Positions 28,634 to 39,107 of a stretch of 64,000 nt of DNA are shown here, piece by piece; position 1 is the first letter of the stretch, and every line of letters begins with the position of its first letter. The stretch covers positions 16,996-80,995 of the forward strand of contig JBEKSG010000002.1 in assembly GCA_049997855.1 (NCBI GenBank), written 5' to 3'. Made by a program: the position numbers and the translations under genes. This DNA comes from Minisyncoccia bacterium. GTDB taxonomy: Bacteria; Patescibacteriota; Minisyncoccia; Phycocordibacterales; SBAW01. Below the pieces are notes generated by a model. The model was not told where the DNA came from, ran no database searches, and saw only the letters and a list, made by a program, of their open reading frames with translations.

Positions 28634-29787
28634 ATTGCGATTGTCTTTTCGACCATGCGCGCAAGCATAAACTCGGCTCGCACTTTATATTGGAGTTGTT
28701 CGGCACAATTTTTGCGCAATACATCATTTTTAATCAAGAGCTCAAGCTTAGTCGCCAGTTGCTCTTTGTTTTTTGGCTCAAACAATAGTCCCGAGACATT
28801 CTCATCGATAATATCGACGTTCCCCGGGATTTTGCTCGCAACCGCTGCCAAGCCAGCTTGTCCAGCCTCAAGCAGTACATAAGGCAAGCCTTCCTTGACC
28901 GAAGGAAGCACGTAGATATCAAACGCTTTAAGATACCGGTATCCCTCGGGCACAAAACCGGCAAGATATACGCAATCTTCCAATTTATTTTCTTGTATGA
29001 CGCTCTCGAGCAGTTGCCGCTCGTCGCCCTCGCCGGCAATACACATCACAAAACTTATTTCTTTTTTGCGGAGCAAGCTCGCTGCGCCCACGAGATATCG
29101 CAACCCTTTATTTTTTGTCAGCTCGCCGAGTGTCCCTATCCACGGGACCGCAAGGTGTAACCTTCGCTCAGGACTCTCAAGGTTACACCTCGCGGCCAAT
29201 TCTTTGCGCGCTTCTGTTTTGCTTAAAAACTCCAGCGTCGGCAAGCCGTTGTATATCAAGTGAATTTTGCGCGCACAAAACGGGAATGCTCGCGCGCGAC
29301 GATACGTGTCTTTTGATATGACGATAATGCGCGTGCAAAGCAAGAATGTTGCCCATGTTGCCAGCCATAGCCCCGCGCGTGCAAGAAAGCCGCGGTCTTC
29401 GTCATACGCGAGGCCGTGCGAGGTAAAGACAATTTTTTTGATGCCAGCGAGCCGTCCCGCAAGCGCGCCGATGCCTCCCACTTTGGATGAATTGAGATGC
29501 ACGATATCGGGCCTCTCTCGCTTGCATATGCGCACAAGCGCGCGAAACGCGCGCCAGTCGTTGCGGATGGAGACGTCGCGACCAAGCTCGGATATAAAAA
29601 TCGTGCGGATGTTTTGCTCGTGAAGCTGTTGTGCCAATCTGCCGGCAGGAGCTCCCGCCACCCCCGTGCCGCCAAAGGCAACCGCTATATCGAACTGCTC
29701 CCGGGGCAGGACAGTAGCGAGGTCAAACACGTAGCGCTGGGCGCCTCCCCAGTTGGATTTGGTAATAATAAACAAGATTTTTTTCAT
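28621..29787 (-). CDS. GT4 glycosyltransferase
   Basis: GGAQRY, PDIVHLNSSK, EGLPYVLLEA. Confidence 0.92.
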   Translation of the reverse strand: MKKILFIITKSNWGGAQRYVFDLATVLPREQFDIAVAFGGTGVAGAPAGRLAQQLHEQNIRTIFISELGRDVSIRNDWRAFRALVRICKRERPDIVHLNSSKVGGIGALAGRLAGIKKIVFTSHGLAYDEDRGFLARAGLWLATWATFLLCTRIIVISKDTYRRARAFPFCARKIHLIYNGLPTLEFLSKTEARKELAARCNLESPERRLHLAVPWIGTLGELTKNKGLRYLVGAASLLRKKEISFVMCIAGEGDERQLLESVIQENKLEDCVYLAGFVPEGYRYLKAFDIYVLPSVKEGLPYVLLEAGQAGLAAVASKIPGNVDIIDENVSGLLFEPKNKEQLATKLELLIKNDVLRKNCAEQLQYKVRAEFMLARMVEKTIAIYIS

Positions 29788-29831
29788 ACTTCGTATGCGA
29801 CTTTCTTTTTATCCATTTTGTTGTATTATAT

Positions 29832-31190
29832 ATGAATTATATGACGCCGGCATTACGTCCTCGGACCTCGGTCCTTTTCCTGGGGGATATCGTCTTTTTT
29901 GTATTTTCGCTCTGGCTGTCGCTCTTTTTGCGTGTATTTGAGGCGCCTTCGAGCGAGCTGTTTATGGCGCACCTCCGGCCGTTTTCGCTCCTGTTTGTGG
30001 CGTGGGTCGGCGTCTTTTTTATCGCGGGACTCTACGAGAGCCGCTCCATTATATTGGAGCGTCGGGCAATCTCCGCAACGCTCCTTACCGCGCAGATAGT
30101 CAATGTGATTATTGCGGCGCTCTTTTTCTTTTTTGTTCCTCTCTTTGGTATCGCTCCCAAAACACTCCTCTTTATTTATCTCGCCGTTTCCTTCCTGTGC
30201 GTATTTTTGTGGCGTGTAGTGCTCTTTCCTCAACTTGGTTTCCAAAAAAAAGAAAACGCAATCGTGGTGGGAGCGGGGGCTGAGATAGACGAGCTTGTTG
30301 AAGCTCTGCGTTTGGCGCGACACGCTCCCGCGCACATTGCTGCCGTGATAGGGCCTGACAAAGAGTCGCTTGCAGCAGCAGTTAAAGAAGCGGTGGCGCG
30401 CTACCGCCCGCGCTTTATCATTGCCGATTTTAGCGACAGGGATGTGTTGGAAGCCTTCCCCGAGTTGTATAACTATCTAGCGCAGGGGATACGTTTCTTT
30501 GATGCGCTCACGCTCTACGAGGAAGTGTTTGGTCGCGTGCCGCTCTCCGTGTTAAACGAGCACTGGATTGCCGACAATGTTTCGCGCACATCCAATCGGC
30601 TCTACGATATTGTTAAACGGATAATGGATATCGTTGTCGCAAGTGTCGCCGGCGTGGTTTCTCTCATCACGTATCCTTTTGTGATGCTTGCACTCAAAAT
30701 ACAGGATGGCGGCTCGTTGTTCGTGCAACTCGATAGGGTGGGGAAAAACAATCAGGTCTTTAAGCTCATTAAATTTCGCAGCATGTCGGGCAACGACAAC
30801 GCCGACTACGGAAAGAGTGGCGCCACTAAGCTCATTGTCACACCGGTGGGCAAGGTGTTGCGCACCTCGCGCCTCGACGAAATAGTGCAATTTTGGAACG
30901 TCGTTAAAGGAGATATGTCTCTCATCGGACCGCGGCCCGAGGCGCCTGCGCTGGTTGCTTTGTACGAAAAAAATATTCCGTACTACGGTGCGCGGCATCT
31001 TATCAGGCCAGGACTCTCGGGCTGGGCACAGCTTTATCATGACAATCATCCGCATCATGGCACCGAGGTTGAACCCACGCGCGAAAAGCTCTCGTACGAT
31101 TTGTATTACATAAAGCACCGCTCGCTTTTGCTCGACCTTACGATTGCGCTCAAAACCATAAAGAAACTTCTTACGAGGAGTGGGGTATAG
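29832..31190 (+). CDS. polyprenyl glycosylphosphotransferase (priming sugar transferase)
   Basis: KFRSM, RLDEI.Q..NV.KGDMSLIGPRPE, RPGLSGWAQ, DLYYI. Confidence 0.93.
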   Translation: MNYMTPALRPRTSVLFLGDIVFFVFSLWLSLFLRVFEAPSSELFMAHLRPFSLLFVAWVGVFFIAGLYESRSIILERRAISATLLTAQIVNVIIAALFFFFVPLFGIAPKTLLFIYLAVSFLCVFLWRVVLFPQLGFQKKENAIVVGAGAEIDELVEALRLARHAPAHIAAVIGPDKESLAAAVKEAVARYRPRFIIADFSDRDVLEAFPELYNYLAQGIRFFDALTLYEEVFGRVPLSVLNEHWIADNVSRTSNRLYDIVKRIMDIVVASVAGVVSLITYPFVMLALKIQDGGSLFVQLDRVGKNNQVFKLIKFRSMSGNDNADYGKSGATKLIVTPVGKVLRTSRLDEIVQFWNVVKGDMSLIGPRPEAPALVALYEKNIPYYGARHLIRPGLSGWAQLYHDNHPHHGTEVEPTREKLSYDLYYIKHRSLLLDLTIALKTIKKLLTRSGV

Positions 31191-31198
31191 TTTTTTAT

Positions 31199-31993
31199 AT
31201 GATCATAGACGGCAAAAGAATATCGCAGGAGATTATTGAGTCACTCGAGGCCGAGCGTAACACACTGCCGCCCGTTTTGCGGCTTGGGTTTGTGCTTGCC
31301 GAAGGTAACGAAGCCTCGGCATCTTTTGTGCGGATGAAAGAGCGTTTGGCAAACAAGTTGCAAGTAGTTGTCTTGCGAGAGGAAGTACATGAAACCGAGC
31401 AAGCTATATACGCGGTCGAACGCCTCGTAGGTCGCACCGATGGAGTCATCGTGCAATTGCCGTTGCCTGCGCACGTTGATACTGACGCCGTTTTACGCGC
31501 CATCCCTCCGTCTCATGATATTGATGCCGAAAACCCCGGCACGCATTCGCGCTTTGTGCGCGCTCCTGTCGCAGAAGCTATTTCAGAAATATTGGTGCGG
31601 ATTAATTTCTCTGCGGCAAATAAAAAGGCGGTTGTGATAGGCGCCGGCAGACTGGTTGGGACTCCCGCTGCAGCATTATTCAAAGAGTTAGGGGCGGATG
31701 TGTCGGTGATAACTCATACCAAAGGCTCACTCAATGAACTACAAGATGCCGATATAGTGGTGCTTGGCGCGGGCGAGCCGGGCTTGGTCAAGCCGGAGAT
31801 GCTTAAAGAGGGCGTCGTATTGATAGACGCTGGCACGTCAGAGTCGGCAGGCAAGCTCGCGGGCGATGCCGACCCACGCTGCGCCGAGGTTGCCTCGGTA
31901 TTTACGCCGGTACCCGGTGGCATCGGCCCCATAGCGGTCGCTATGCTGTTTAAAAATCTTTTTGCGCTTGTGCGGCTCTCTAAAGTTAGTTAA
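31199..31993 (+). CDS. folD: methylene-THF dehydrogenase/cyclohydrolase
   Basis: IIDGK, IVQLPLP, G..VG.P, TPVPGGIGP. Confidence 0.95.
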   Translation: MIIDGKRISQEIIESLEAERNTLPPVLRLGFVLAEGNEASASFVRMKERLANKLQVVVLREEVHETEQAIYAVERLVGRTDGVIVQLPLPAHVDTDAVLRAIPPSHDIDAENPGTHSRFVRAPVAEAISEILVRINFSAANKKAVVIGAGRLVGTPAAALFKELGADVSVITHTKGSLNELQDADIVVLGAGEPGLVKPEMLKEGVVLIDAGTSESAGKLAGDADPRCAEVASVFTPVPGGIGPIAVAMLFKNLFALVRLSKVS

Positions 31994-32469
31994 TTGCCGT
32001 TAACGGTATATATCACTTTGGTACCGTTGACGAACACCGCGCTCAGTACCGGAGTATTGCCCGCGCTGTCGGCTCCAAAGCCGACGCTAAAGGTTTGCGG
32101 CTTGTTGGAATCGGCGCATGAACTGGTAGCTGTGGTGTTAACAATAAAAGCAAAGCGGACGGGATTTTTTGCATACGTCGGCGTCTGTACGCTTACCGCT
32201 TGGCAGGAACCGATGGCAGGCAACGAGCCGCTGTAGTTGACCAAGGTACCCATGCCAGTTACATGCTGGGTTGTCCGAGTAATCAAGAGCGGCGAGGAAG
32301 TTGAGAACGTGTAGGGATTTTGAGCAGGCAGCACAATGGTATTGGTATTCGCCGAAGGTACAGGCATCCCCGAAAAAAACATACGCAACAGCAAAAAACA
32401 AACCACCAACAGTGCCACGCCGAGTACCATTACGATAACGTGCTTTTTGGAAAGGGATTTTTGATCCAT
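31990..32469 (-). CDS. membrane-anchored hypothetical protein
   Basis: N-terminal TM, two Cys. Confidence 0.65.
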   Translation of the reverse strand: MDQKSLSKKHVIVMVLGVALLVVCFLLLRMFFSGMPVPSANTNTIVLPAQNPYTFSTSSPLLITRTTQHVTGMGTLVNYSGSLPAIGSCQAVSVQTPTYAKNPVRFAFIVNTTATSSCADSNKPQTFSVGFGADSAGNTPVLSAVFVNGTKVIYTVNGN

Positions 32470-32566
32470 ACGTATACATTTAGTATACCTGCGAAAGAAA
32501 AGTTTATATTAGTTATCCCCATACGTGTTTAAACCGGCTGCGGTCAGGGGTATACTAACAGCAAGT

Positions 32567-34201
32567 ATGTATATGAACGCTTTTTTGCTTAAACATGGCG
32601 TGCGCCCTATTTTTCTTGTATTGCTGTTGTTGTCTACTTTTATGCTTTTACCTCTCGCGGCGCACGCGCAATCGCTCCCGTATCCTTTGGAAACAAACTT
32701 AAACCTCAATTGGCTCTGCTACAATCGTGCAGACCATTTACCAGCTTGTACTCCGGATCAGTTTGCTAACACGCAAATGGTAGGAGAGTTTACTATCACC
32801 AACACTTCGGGTTCCACTGCCGAAGGCTATACTCTCGGAAACGGCACGGTAGGATATGTGGGCTCTTCTATTATCGCCTCTCCTGGAGAACCCCTGACGT
32901 TGTCGTGGTCGTTCGATCTCGCGCTTACACAACTTGATTGGAAGTGTACCAATGAAGTTCTTGGTGTATGTGTCGGTTATGGATTTATACCAGTTGTCAC
33001 CAACACGTTTTATAATTACGGCATAAGCAGCAACTTTGGCCAAAGCTCGCAATACGGCACAACGGTAATTGCCGCGCCCTCAAGCGGGAGCGCCACCTAT
33101 ACTATAGGTGGCATATTTGGAAACGTGACTTATACGACATATACAAAACCCTCTTTGTGCATGACGGAAGATGAGAGCGGCATGTGCATCTCGTGGGGCT
33201 GTCCTGTCTTTATCTATGGCTCTGGCTGGACTCTTGTAGGGGACCAGTATTCTAGTTCCTCTTATTGTGAAAAAACTGTAGCTATTCAACCGACAACAGT
33301 AGTTAATCTCTCTCTCACGGTAAATGTATCAGGGACTGCTCCGCCGCCTATGCCAACAGCCAGCCTCACTCCTGCATCGGAGACGATTGCCGTCGGACAG
33401 CCAGTCACGTTTAACCTCTCCGCTACGGCAGGGACTGGCGATTCCATAACAAACACCGCTATCACCGAGTCGACCGATGGCGGGGCAGACCAGACGCCGG
33501 TCGTATCTGGGAGCGCCACAAGCCAAACCTACTCGTTTACGCCGACCGCCGCCGGCACCTATGACTTTTATGGCTTGGTTACCACTGCCCACTACGCCGC
33601 TTCCAACCCGTCGGGCGCGCACACCACCCTCACGGTAAACAACCCGCTTTGCTCCGCAGCCTCAAACGGCGGCGCCACTGGTACTTGGCCAAACTGTGTC
33701 TGCAACAACGGCGGCACCTACACCTCAAGCACCAATAGTTGCGGTAATCCACCACCAGCTTCCTGCACCTTTAATGGCAATACTATTCCCAGCGGCAACT
33801 CTGTTACTGCCTATCAAACCCCATTGGTTACGTTTCCTGCCACCTGCCAATCACAGATACGCACCTGCACCGATGGCACACTCTCCGGCTCGTATGCATA
33901 CCCCTCATGCTCGGTGACAATCCCCGCAGGCTCCATCAGCTCCTTTACCGCAACGCCGAGCCGTGTCCACCCGGGAGGCTCCACCACGCTCACCTGGTCT
34001 ACCGCCAACATGGCTTCCTGCACGGTTACCTCAAGTGACACGCCACCACAAACTTTGAGCACCGCGCTCAACTCCACAGGTCTCCTTGTACAAAATATCA
34101 CGCACGTCGAGGTCTACACGCTTTCATGCCTCGACAACAACAGCGCTCCTTTCGTCAGCCAAGTGAAGGTTAGTCTGGTGCCGGTTTACCAGGAGCTGTA
34201 A
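32567..34201 (+). CDS. secreted Cys/Thr-rich Ig-like protein
   Basis: Signal peptide ending AHA; CQSQIRTCTDGTLSGSYAYPSC; STTLTWS..N..SCTV. Confidence 0.8.
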   Translation: MYMNAFLLKHGVRPIFLVLLLLSTFMLLPLAAHAQSLPYPLETNLNLNWLCYNRADHLPACTPDQFANTQMVGEFTITNTSGSTAEGYTLGNGTVGYVGSSIIASPGEPLTLSWSFDLALTQLDWKCTNEVLGVCVGYGFIPVVTNTFYNYGISSNFGQSSQYGTTVIAAPSSGSATYTIGGIFGNVTYTTYTKPSLCMTEDESGMCISWGCPVFIYGSGWTLVGDQYSSSSYCEKTVAIQPTTVVNLSLTVNVSGTAPPPMPTASLTPASETIAVGQPVTFNLSATAGTGDSITNTAITESTDGGADQTPVVSGSATSQTYSFTPTAAGTYDFYGLVTTAHYAASNPSGAHTTLTVNNPLCSAASNGGATGTWPNCVCNNGGTYTSSTNSCGNPPPASCTFNGNTIPSGNSVTAYQTPLVTFPATCQSQIRTCTDGTLSGSYAYPSCSVTIPAGSISSFTATPSRVHPGGSTTLTWSTANMASCTVTSSDTPPQTLSTALNSTGLLVQNITHVEVYTLSCLDNNSAPFVSQVKVSLVPVYQEL

Positions 34202-34261
34202 GTTTACCTTGTTATTAAACGGTCTTTGCGCATATAAGGGAAATCTGCTATTCTCACAGCC

Positions 34262-35587
34262 ATGTTTGCTTTGCGTTACAGCGCCGTCATTATTCTCATT
34301 GTCGCCGGGGCATTGGGGTTTTTTATATGGCACACCACCGGCACAGGCGGCCGCTTTGACTTTAAACTCGGGCTCGATCTCTCGGGCGGCACCGAGCTTA
34401 CCTATAGCGCCGATACCAGCAAGGTGCCCGCAAGCCAGGTTGAGGATTCGCTCGCGTCGCTCCAAACGGTCATCGAGCGCCGCGTCAACGCCTTCGGCGT
34501 TTCCGAGCCGCAGGTGCAGACCGCACAGGGCGGCGCGCTTGGTACCGGCCAATATCGTCTCATGATCGACCTTCCGGGCATTACCAATGTCGACCAAGCA
34601 ATTGCAATGATAGGGCAGACGCCGCTTTTGGAGTTTAAATTGGTCAAACCCGGTTTTGAAGCATCGACCACGCTGCCCGACGGCACGCCAAATCCCGCGG
34701 CGTTTGCCGACACCGGTCTTACTGGCGAGTATCTTTCTTCGGCGGCATTGCAGTTTGGCAACGGCTCGAGCGCGCTCGCGACCGCGCCGTTAGTCCAGAT
34801 CAACTTTAACAGCCAGGGCGCGGCGCTTTTCTCGCAGATTACCGGCAGCAATGTTGGGCACGAGCTCGCCATCTTCCTCGACGGGCAGCTCATCTCGGCT
34901 CCGGTTATCGATCAAAAAATAGACGGCGGCACAGCCGTTATCTCGGGCAACTTTACCGCCGAGAGCGCCAAGTCGCTAGCCGACAATCTTAACCTCGGCG
35001 CGTTGCCGGTGCCGATTACGCTCGTCTCAACGCAAACGATAGGTCCGACGCTTGGCGAGCAGGCAACGCACGCAGGCGTCGTGGCGGGCATTATTGGCTT
35101 TATTGTTCTCTCTATCTTTTTAATACTGTGGTACCGCTTGCCGGGCGTCGTGGCGGTTGTCTCGCTCGTCATCTACTCGATACTCATGCTCACGATTTTC
35201 AAATTAATCCCCGTGGTGCTCACGGCTGCGGGCTTGGCAGGCTTTATACTCTCGGTGGGTTTGGCGGTTGACGCCAACATCCTCATTGCCGAGCGCATGA
35301 AGGAGGAGCTGGCCGCGGGCAAAAAGGCGGATGTGGCTATTCGCGAAGGATTCTCTCGGGCATGGCTTGCCATCCGTGACAGCAACATTGCGCACCTGAT
35401 TGCCAGTGTCATTCTCTTTTGGCTCGGCACCTCCATCATCAAAGGTTTTGCACTCGTGTTTGGGCTCGGCGTCATCGTTTCGATGTTCTCGGCCATAACT
35501 ATTTCACGCACCTTTCTCTTGGCGCTCGGCATCAACACAGAGAGCCGTGTCGGCCGCTTCTTGATGCGCTCCGGTTTCAATACATAA
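34262..35587 (+). CDS. secD: protein translocase subunit SecD
   Basis: LGLDLSGG, RRVNAFGVSE, IGPTLG, AVDANILI.ER.KEE. Confidence 0.97.
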   Translation: MFALRYSAVIILIVAGALGFFIWHTTGTGGRFDFKLGLDLSGGTELTYSADTSKVPASQVEDSLASLQTVIERRVNAFGVSEPQVQTAQGGALGTGQYRLMIDLPGITNVDQAIAMIGQTPLLEFKLVKPGFEASTTLPDGTPNPAAFADTGLTGEYLSSAALQFGNGSSALATAPLVQINFNSQGAALFSQITGSNVGHELAIFLDGQLISAPVIDQKIDGGTAVISGNFTAESAKSLADNLNLGALPVPITLVSTQTIGPTLGEQATHAGVVAGIIGFIVLSIFLILWYRLPGVVAVVSLVIYSILMLTIFKLIPVVLTAAGLAGFILSVGLAVDANILIAERMKEELAAGKKADVAIREGFSRAWLAIRDSNIAHLIASVILFWLGTSIIKGFALVFGLGVIVSMFSAITISRTFLLALGINTESRVGRFLMRSGFNT

Positions 35588-35588
35588 T

Positions 35589-36524
35589 ATGAATTTAATG
35601 AAGCACGAAAAACGATTGCTCTTGGTACCGGCGGTACTATCGCTGTTGGCGGTCATCATGTTGCTCCTGTGGGGGCTCAAGCCGGGCATTGATCTTACCG
35701 GCGGCTCGCTTTTGCAGGTGTCATATCAAACAACAAGCCTGCCGTCTATTGTGCAGGTGCAAAACGCGGTTGCGCCGGTAGCCGCCTCGCTCAACCTCGG
35801 CGAGGTGCGGGTCCAGCCGACCGGCACCAACGGATATACGCTCACCGAGCGTGCGCTTACCAATAGCGAAAAGAACGCTCTTGAACAAACACTCGGCACG
35901 CTCGGACCCATCCACGAAGACGAGTTTACCTCGGTCTCGCCGACCATCGGACAGGAATTACTCGATAAGGGGCTCATTGCTCTCGGGCTTGTGGCGGTAT
36001 GCATCATCCTCTTTATCGCGTTCGCTTTTCGCAAGGTGTCTAAGCCGGTTGCTTCGTGGAAGTACGGCATCATCGCTATTATTACCCTGATACATGACAT
36101 TTTAATCCCCACGGGCCTTTTTGCGCTCCTCGGTCATATGGCAGGCGCCGAGGTTGACTCGCTGTTTATTGTGGCGCTCCTGACTTTGCTCGGCGTTTCT
36201 ATCAACAACACTATTGTTGTCTTTGACCGCATCCGCGAAAATCTCGGCAACGTCGGCAAAAAAGAGACCTTCGACGAAACGGTCGGCCGCTCAATCATGC
36301 AAACGCTTACCCGCTCCATCAACACCTCGCTCACGGTGGTCATCGTGCTTGCCGCGCTCTACTTTGTAGGCCCTGCCTCGACGCAAGATTTTGCGCTCAC
36401 GCTCATTGTGGGCATGGTCGCCGGCACCTACTCGTCTATCTTCCTCGCGTCTCCGCTCTTGGTTGCATGGGAGCGATTTTCTTCCGCTCGCAAGCTCGCT
36501 CCGCAGTCTCGCAACTCTAAATAA
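35589..36524 (+). CDS. secF: protein translocase subunit SecF
   Basis: GIDLTGG, SINNTIVVFDRIREN, TLTRSINT, GTYSSIF.A. Confidence 0.97.
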   Translation: MNLMKHEKRLLLVPAVLSLLAVIMLLLWGLKPGIDLTGGSLLQVSYQTTSLPSIVQVQNAVAPVAASLNLGEVRVQPTGTNGYTLTERALTNSEKNALEQTLGTLGPIHEDEFTSVSPTIGQELLDKGLIALGLVAVCIILFIAFAFRKVSKPVASWKYGIIAIITLIHDILIPTGLFALLGHMAGAEVDSLFIVALLTLLGVSINNTIVVFDRIRENLGNVGKKETFDETVGRSIMQTLTRSINTSLTVVIVLAALYFVGPASTQDFALTLIVGMVAGTYSSIFLASPLLVAWERFSSARKLAPQSRNSK

Positions 36525-36542
36525 TTTGGTATTATAGTGCGG

Positions 36543-36599
36543 ATGATAATCGGCATTGCAGGAACACACGGTGCAGGAAAGCTCGAGGCTCCAAAATAA
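36543..36599 (+). pseudogene. 5' fragment of a P-loop kinase
   Basis: MIIGIAGTHGAGK followed by LEAPK-stop. Confidence 0.6.
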
Positions 36600-36637
36600 C
36601 CTTGCGGGGCAACGGTTTTTTTGCCCCCACGAGGAGC

Positions 36638-36719
36638 TTGACTCTCTCCTCATTATGACTATACTGTGCCTACTGCCTTTGGGCGGTTTTTGTTTGGACT
36701 GGGCAGTGTTCGTTGACAA
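36638..36719 (+). promoter_or_regulatory. 16S promoter and boxA
   Basis: TTGACT-16-TATACT; GTTCGTTGACAA at 36708. Confidence 0.85.
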
Positions 36720-38252
36720 TTGAATACGTAAATTGAGAAATGAAAAATTGTAAACTATAGACAATTGATCACAACTTAAGCAAGAAACCAAAGTCCTCCC
36801 GATCTTTTCCACCGGGAGGCAGCAGGAGATTTTCTATCAGTCGCAAGGCTGGTCGCCTTTCTCTTGTTCCGTTCATCGAGCTAAAAAAGAGAATTTATTT
36901 TCTTTAATTCAGAGTTTGATCCTAGCTCAGGATGAATGCTGGCGGCGTGGATAAGGCATGCAAGTCGAGCGGACCGCAAGGTCAGCGGCAGACGAGGTAG
37001 TAATATACAGGTACGCACCGAAGAGTCGGGCATAGCCAGCCGAAAGGTTGGGTAATTCCCGATAGTCCTTCCGAGGTAAAGGAGTCTATTTATTTAGACT
37101 TGCGCTTTTTGAGCGGCCTGTACAGCATCAGCTAGTTGGTACGGTAACGGCGTACCAAGGCTATGACGCTTAGGGGAGCTGAGAGGCTGACCCCCACCGA
37201 TAGCACTGAGACACGGGCTATACACCTACGGGTGGCTGCAGTCAAGAAACTTCCACAATGGGCGAAAGCCTGATGGAGCGACGCCGCGTGGTTGATGAAG
37301 TCCTTCGGGACGTAAAAACCTTTTATGAGGGAAGAAGTAATTGACGTTACCTCATGAATAAGGGGCTCCTAACTCTGTGCCAGCAGGAGCGGTAATACAG
37401 AGGCCCCAAGCATTATCCGGAATCACTGGGCGTAAAGGGTGTGTAGGCGGTCGTATTAGTCTTTTGTTAAAGTTCCGGGGCTTACCCTCGGAAGTGCAGG
37501 AGAAACGGTACGACTAAGAGGGTGCGAGAGGTAAAGGGAACTCATGGTGTAGGGGTGAAATCCGTTGATATCATGGGGAACACCAAATGCGAAGGCACTT
37601 TACTGGCGCACTCCTGACGCTGAAACACGAAAGCGTGGGAATCGAACGGGATTAGATACCCCGGTAGTCCACGCCCTAAACGATCCTAACTGGTTTTGAG
37701 GAGTATCGACCCTCTTCGAGACGAAGCCAACGCGTTAAGTTAGGCGCCTGGGTAGTACGATCGCAAGATTAAAACTCAAAGGAATAGACGGGGACTTGCA
37801 CAAGCGGTGGATCATGCGGCTCAATTCGATGACAAACGAAGAACCTCACCAGGGTTTGAAACTCTGACGAAATCCCATGGAAACATGGGACCCCGCAAGG
37901 CGGCAGAGCAGGTGATGCATGGTCGTCGTCAGTTCGTGGCTTGAGTTGTTCCCTTCAGTGGGGTAACGAACGCAACCCTCGTTGCCTGTTTTATATGTCA
38001 GGCGAGACTGCCCCCTCACGGGGGAGGAAGGTGAGGATGACGCCAGATCAGCATGTCCCTCTGATATCCTGGGCTGCACGCATGATACAATGCACTCGAC
38101 AACGGGTTGCGACGGAGTAATCCTGAGCTAATCCTTATAAACGAGTGCTCAGTTCGGATTGAGGTCTGCAACCCGACCTCATGAAGCCGGAATCGCTAGT
38201 AATCGCGGGTCAGCTATACCGCGGTGAATACGTTCTCAAGTCTTGTACTCAC

Positions 38253-39107
38253 AATAAACGCGCACAGCAGCGCGCATATCTACGCGGTTAAAATCCGCGC
38301 CTCCAATTCGTCGTTGGAGCGTAGCATAAGGGCAGTTCTACTATCCGCGAGGAATAGGGCGGAGGGCCCGGACGCAAAAAGCAGCCTTTGCAACACAAGA
38401 GCTACTCGACCTACCAGTAGGCGGTGAGGGTAGGGAAGAATCTTACAAAGCTCGCATTGGATGTTTGGAATAGATAGGTGCGTAACCTGTGGAGATCTGG
38501 TGCTGCAATCCTAAAAGTAGGATACAATAAATCTGACGCAGCGTCAGAAGTCAGCTGGGTCGTAGTATTCCGAAATAATTAATAATCGGAAGAAGGACCC
38601 TCTCAATGAAAAATCTAGAGTCCTCATATGTAGTTGGTTTGGTAGACGGCGAAGGAAGCTTTACCGTCTATGTGCGAGATCCTGATGTAAAGAAAGTCGC
38701 CCGGAGGCGAGTAATAGTAGAGCCAAAGTTCTACCTCAAGCTCATTGAGCGCGACAAGGAAATTCTCTTTGCTTTACAACGTTTTTTCGGATGCGGGAGC
38801 ATCTACTTTCAAAAAGATACCCGCCCCAATCACCAACATTGTTACCGATTTGAAGTCTTCCGGTGGGAAGAGCTTCAAACTAAAGTAATTCCATTCTTCA
38901 AGAAACACACTCTCAAGCTCAAATCCAAAAGAAACGATTTTGAAGTGTTTTGTCTAATGATGGAGCTTCTGTCAAAGAAAGCTCATTTGACAAAAGCAGG
39001 ACTTAGAAAGTTGCTCCAGTTGAAGCAACAAATGCATTGAGCTCGCCCGGTGCGGTAAATCCGCTCGCCGGGTGGAAACTTCAATTCTTAGATTTAAAGA
39101 ACAAAAT
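38253..39107 (+). mobile_element. group II-like intron at about S1399
   Basis: Splits GTACTCAC|CGCCCGTC; domain V-like CGCCCGGTGCGG-TAAAT-CCGCTCGCCGGGTG; loop GGCGGTGAG complementary to the exon junction; ends in AT. Confidence 0.82.
38606..39040 (+). CDS. LAGLIDADG homing endonuclease (single motif)
   Basis: YVVGLVDGEGSF; VIPFFKKH.L...K.NDF..F. Confidence 0.95.
   Translation: MKNLESSYVVGLVDGEGSFTVYVRDPDVKKVARRRVIVEPKFYLKLIERDKEILFALQRFFGCGSIYFQKDTRPNHQHCYRFEVFRWEELQTKVIPFFKKHTLKLKSKRNDFEVFCLMMELLSKKAHLTKAGLRKLLQLKQQMH

Noticed and set aside
38253-39107. Group I assignment of the 16S intron
   Set aside because: The exon ends in C and the intron ends in AT; a domain V-like hairpin is present.
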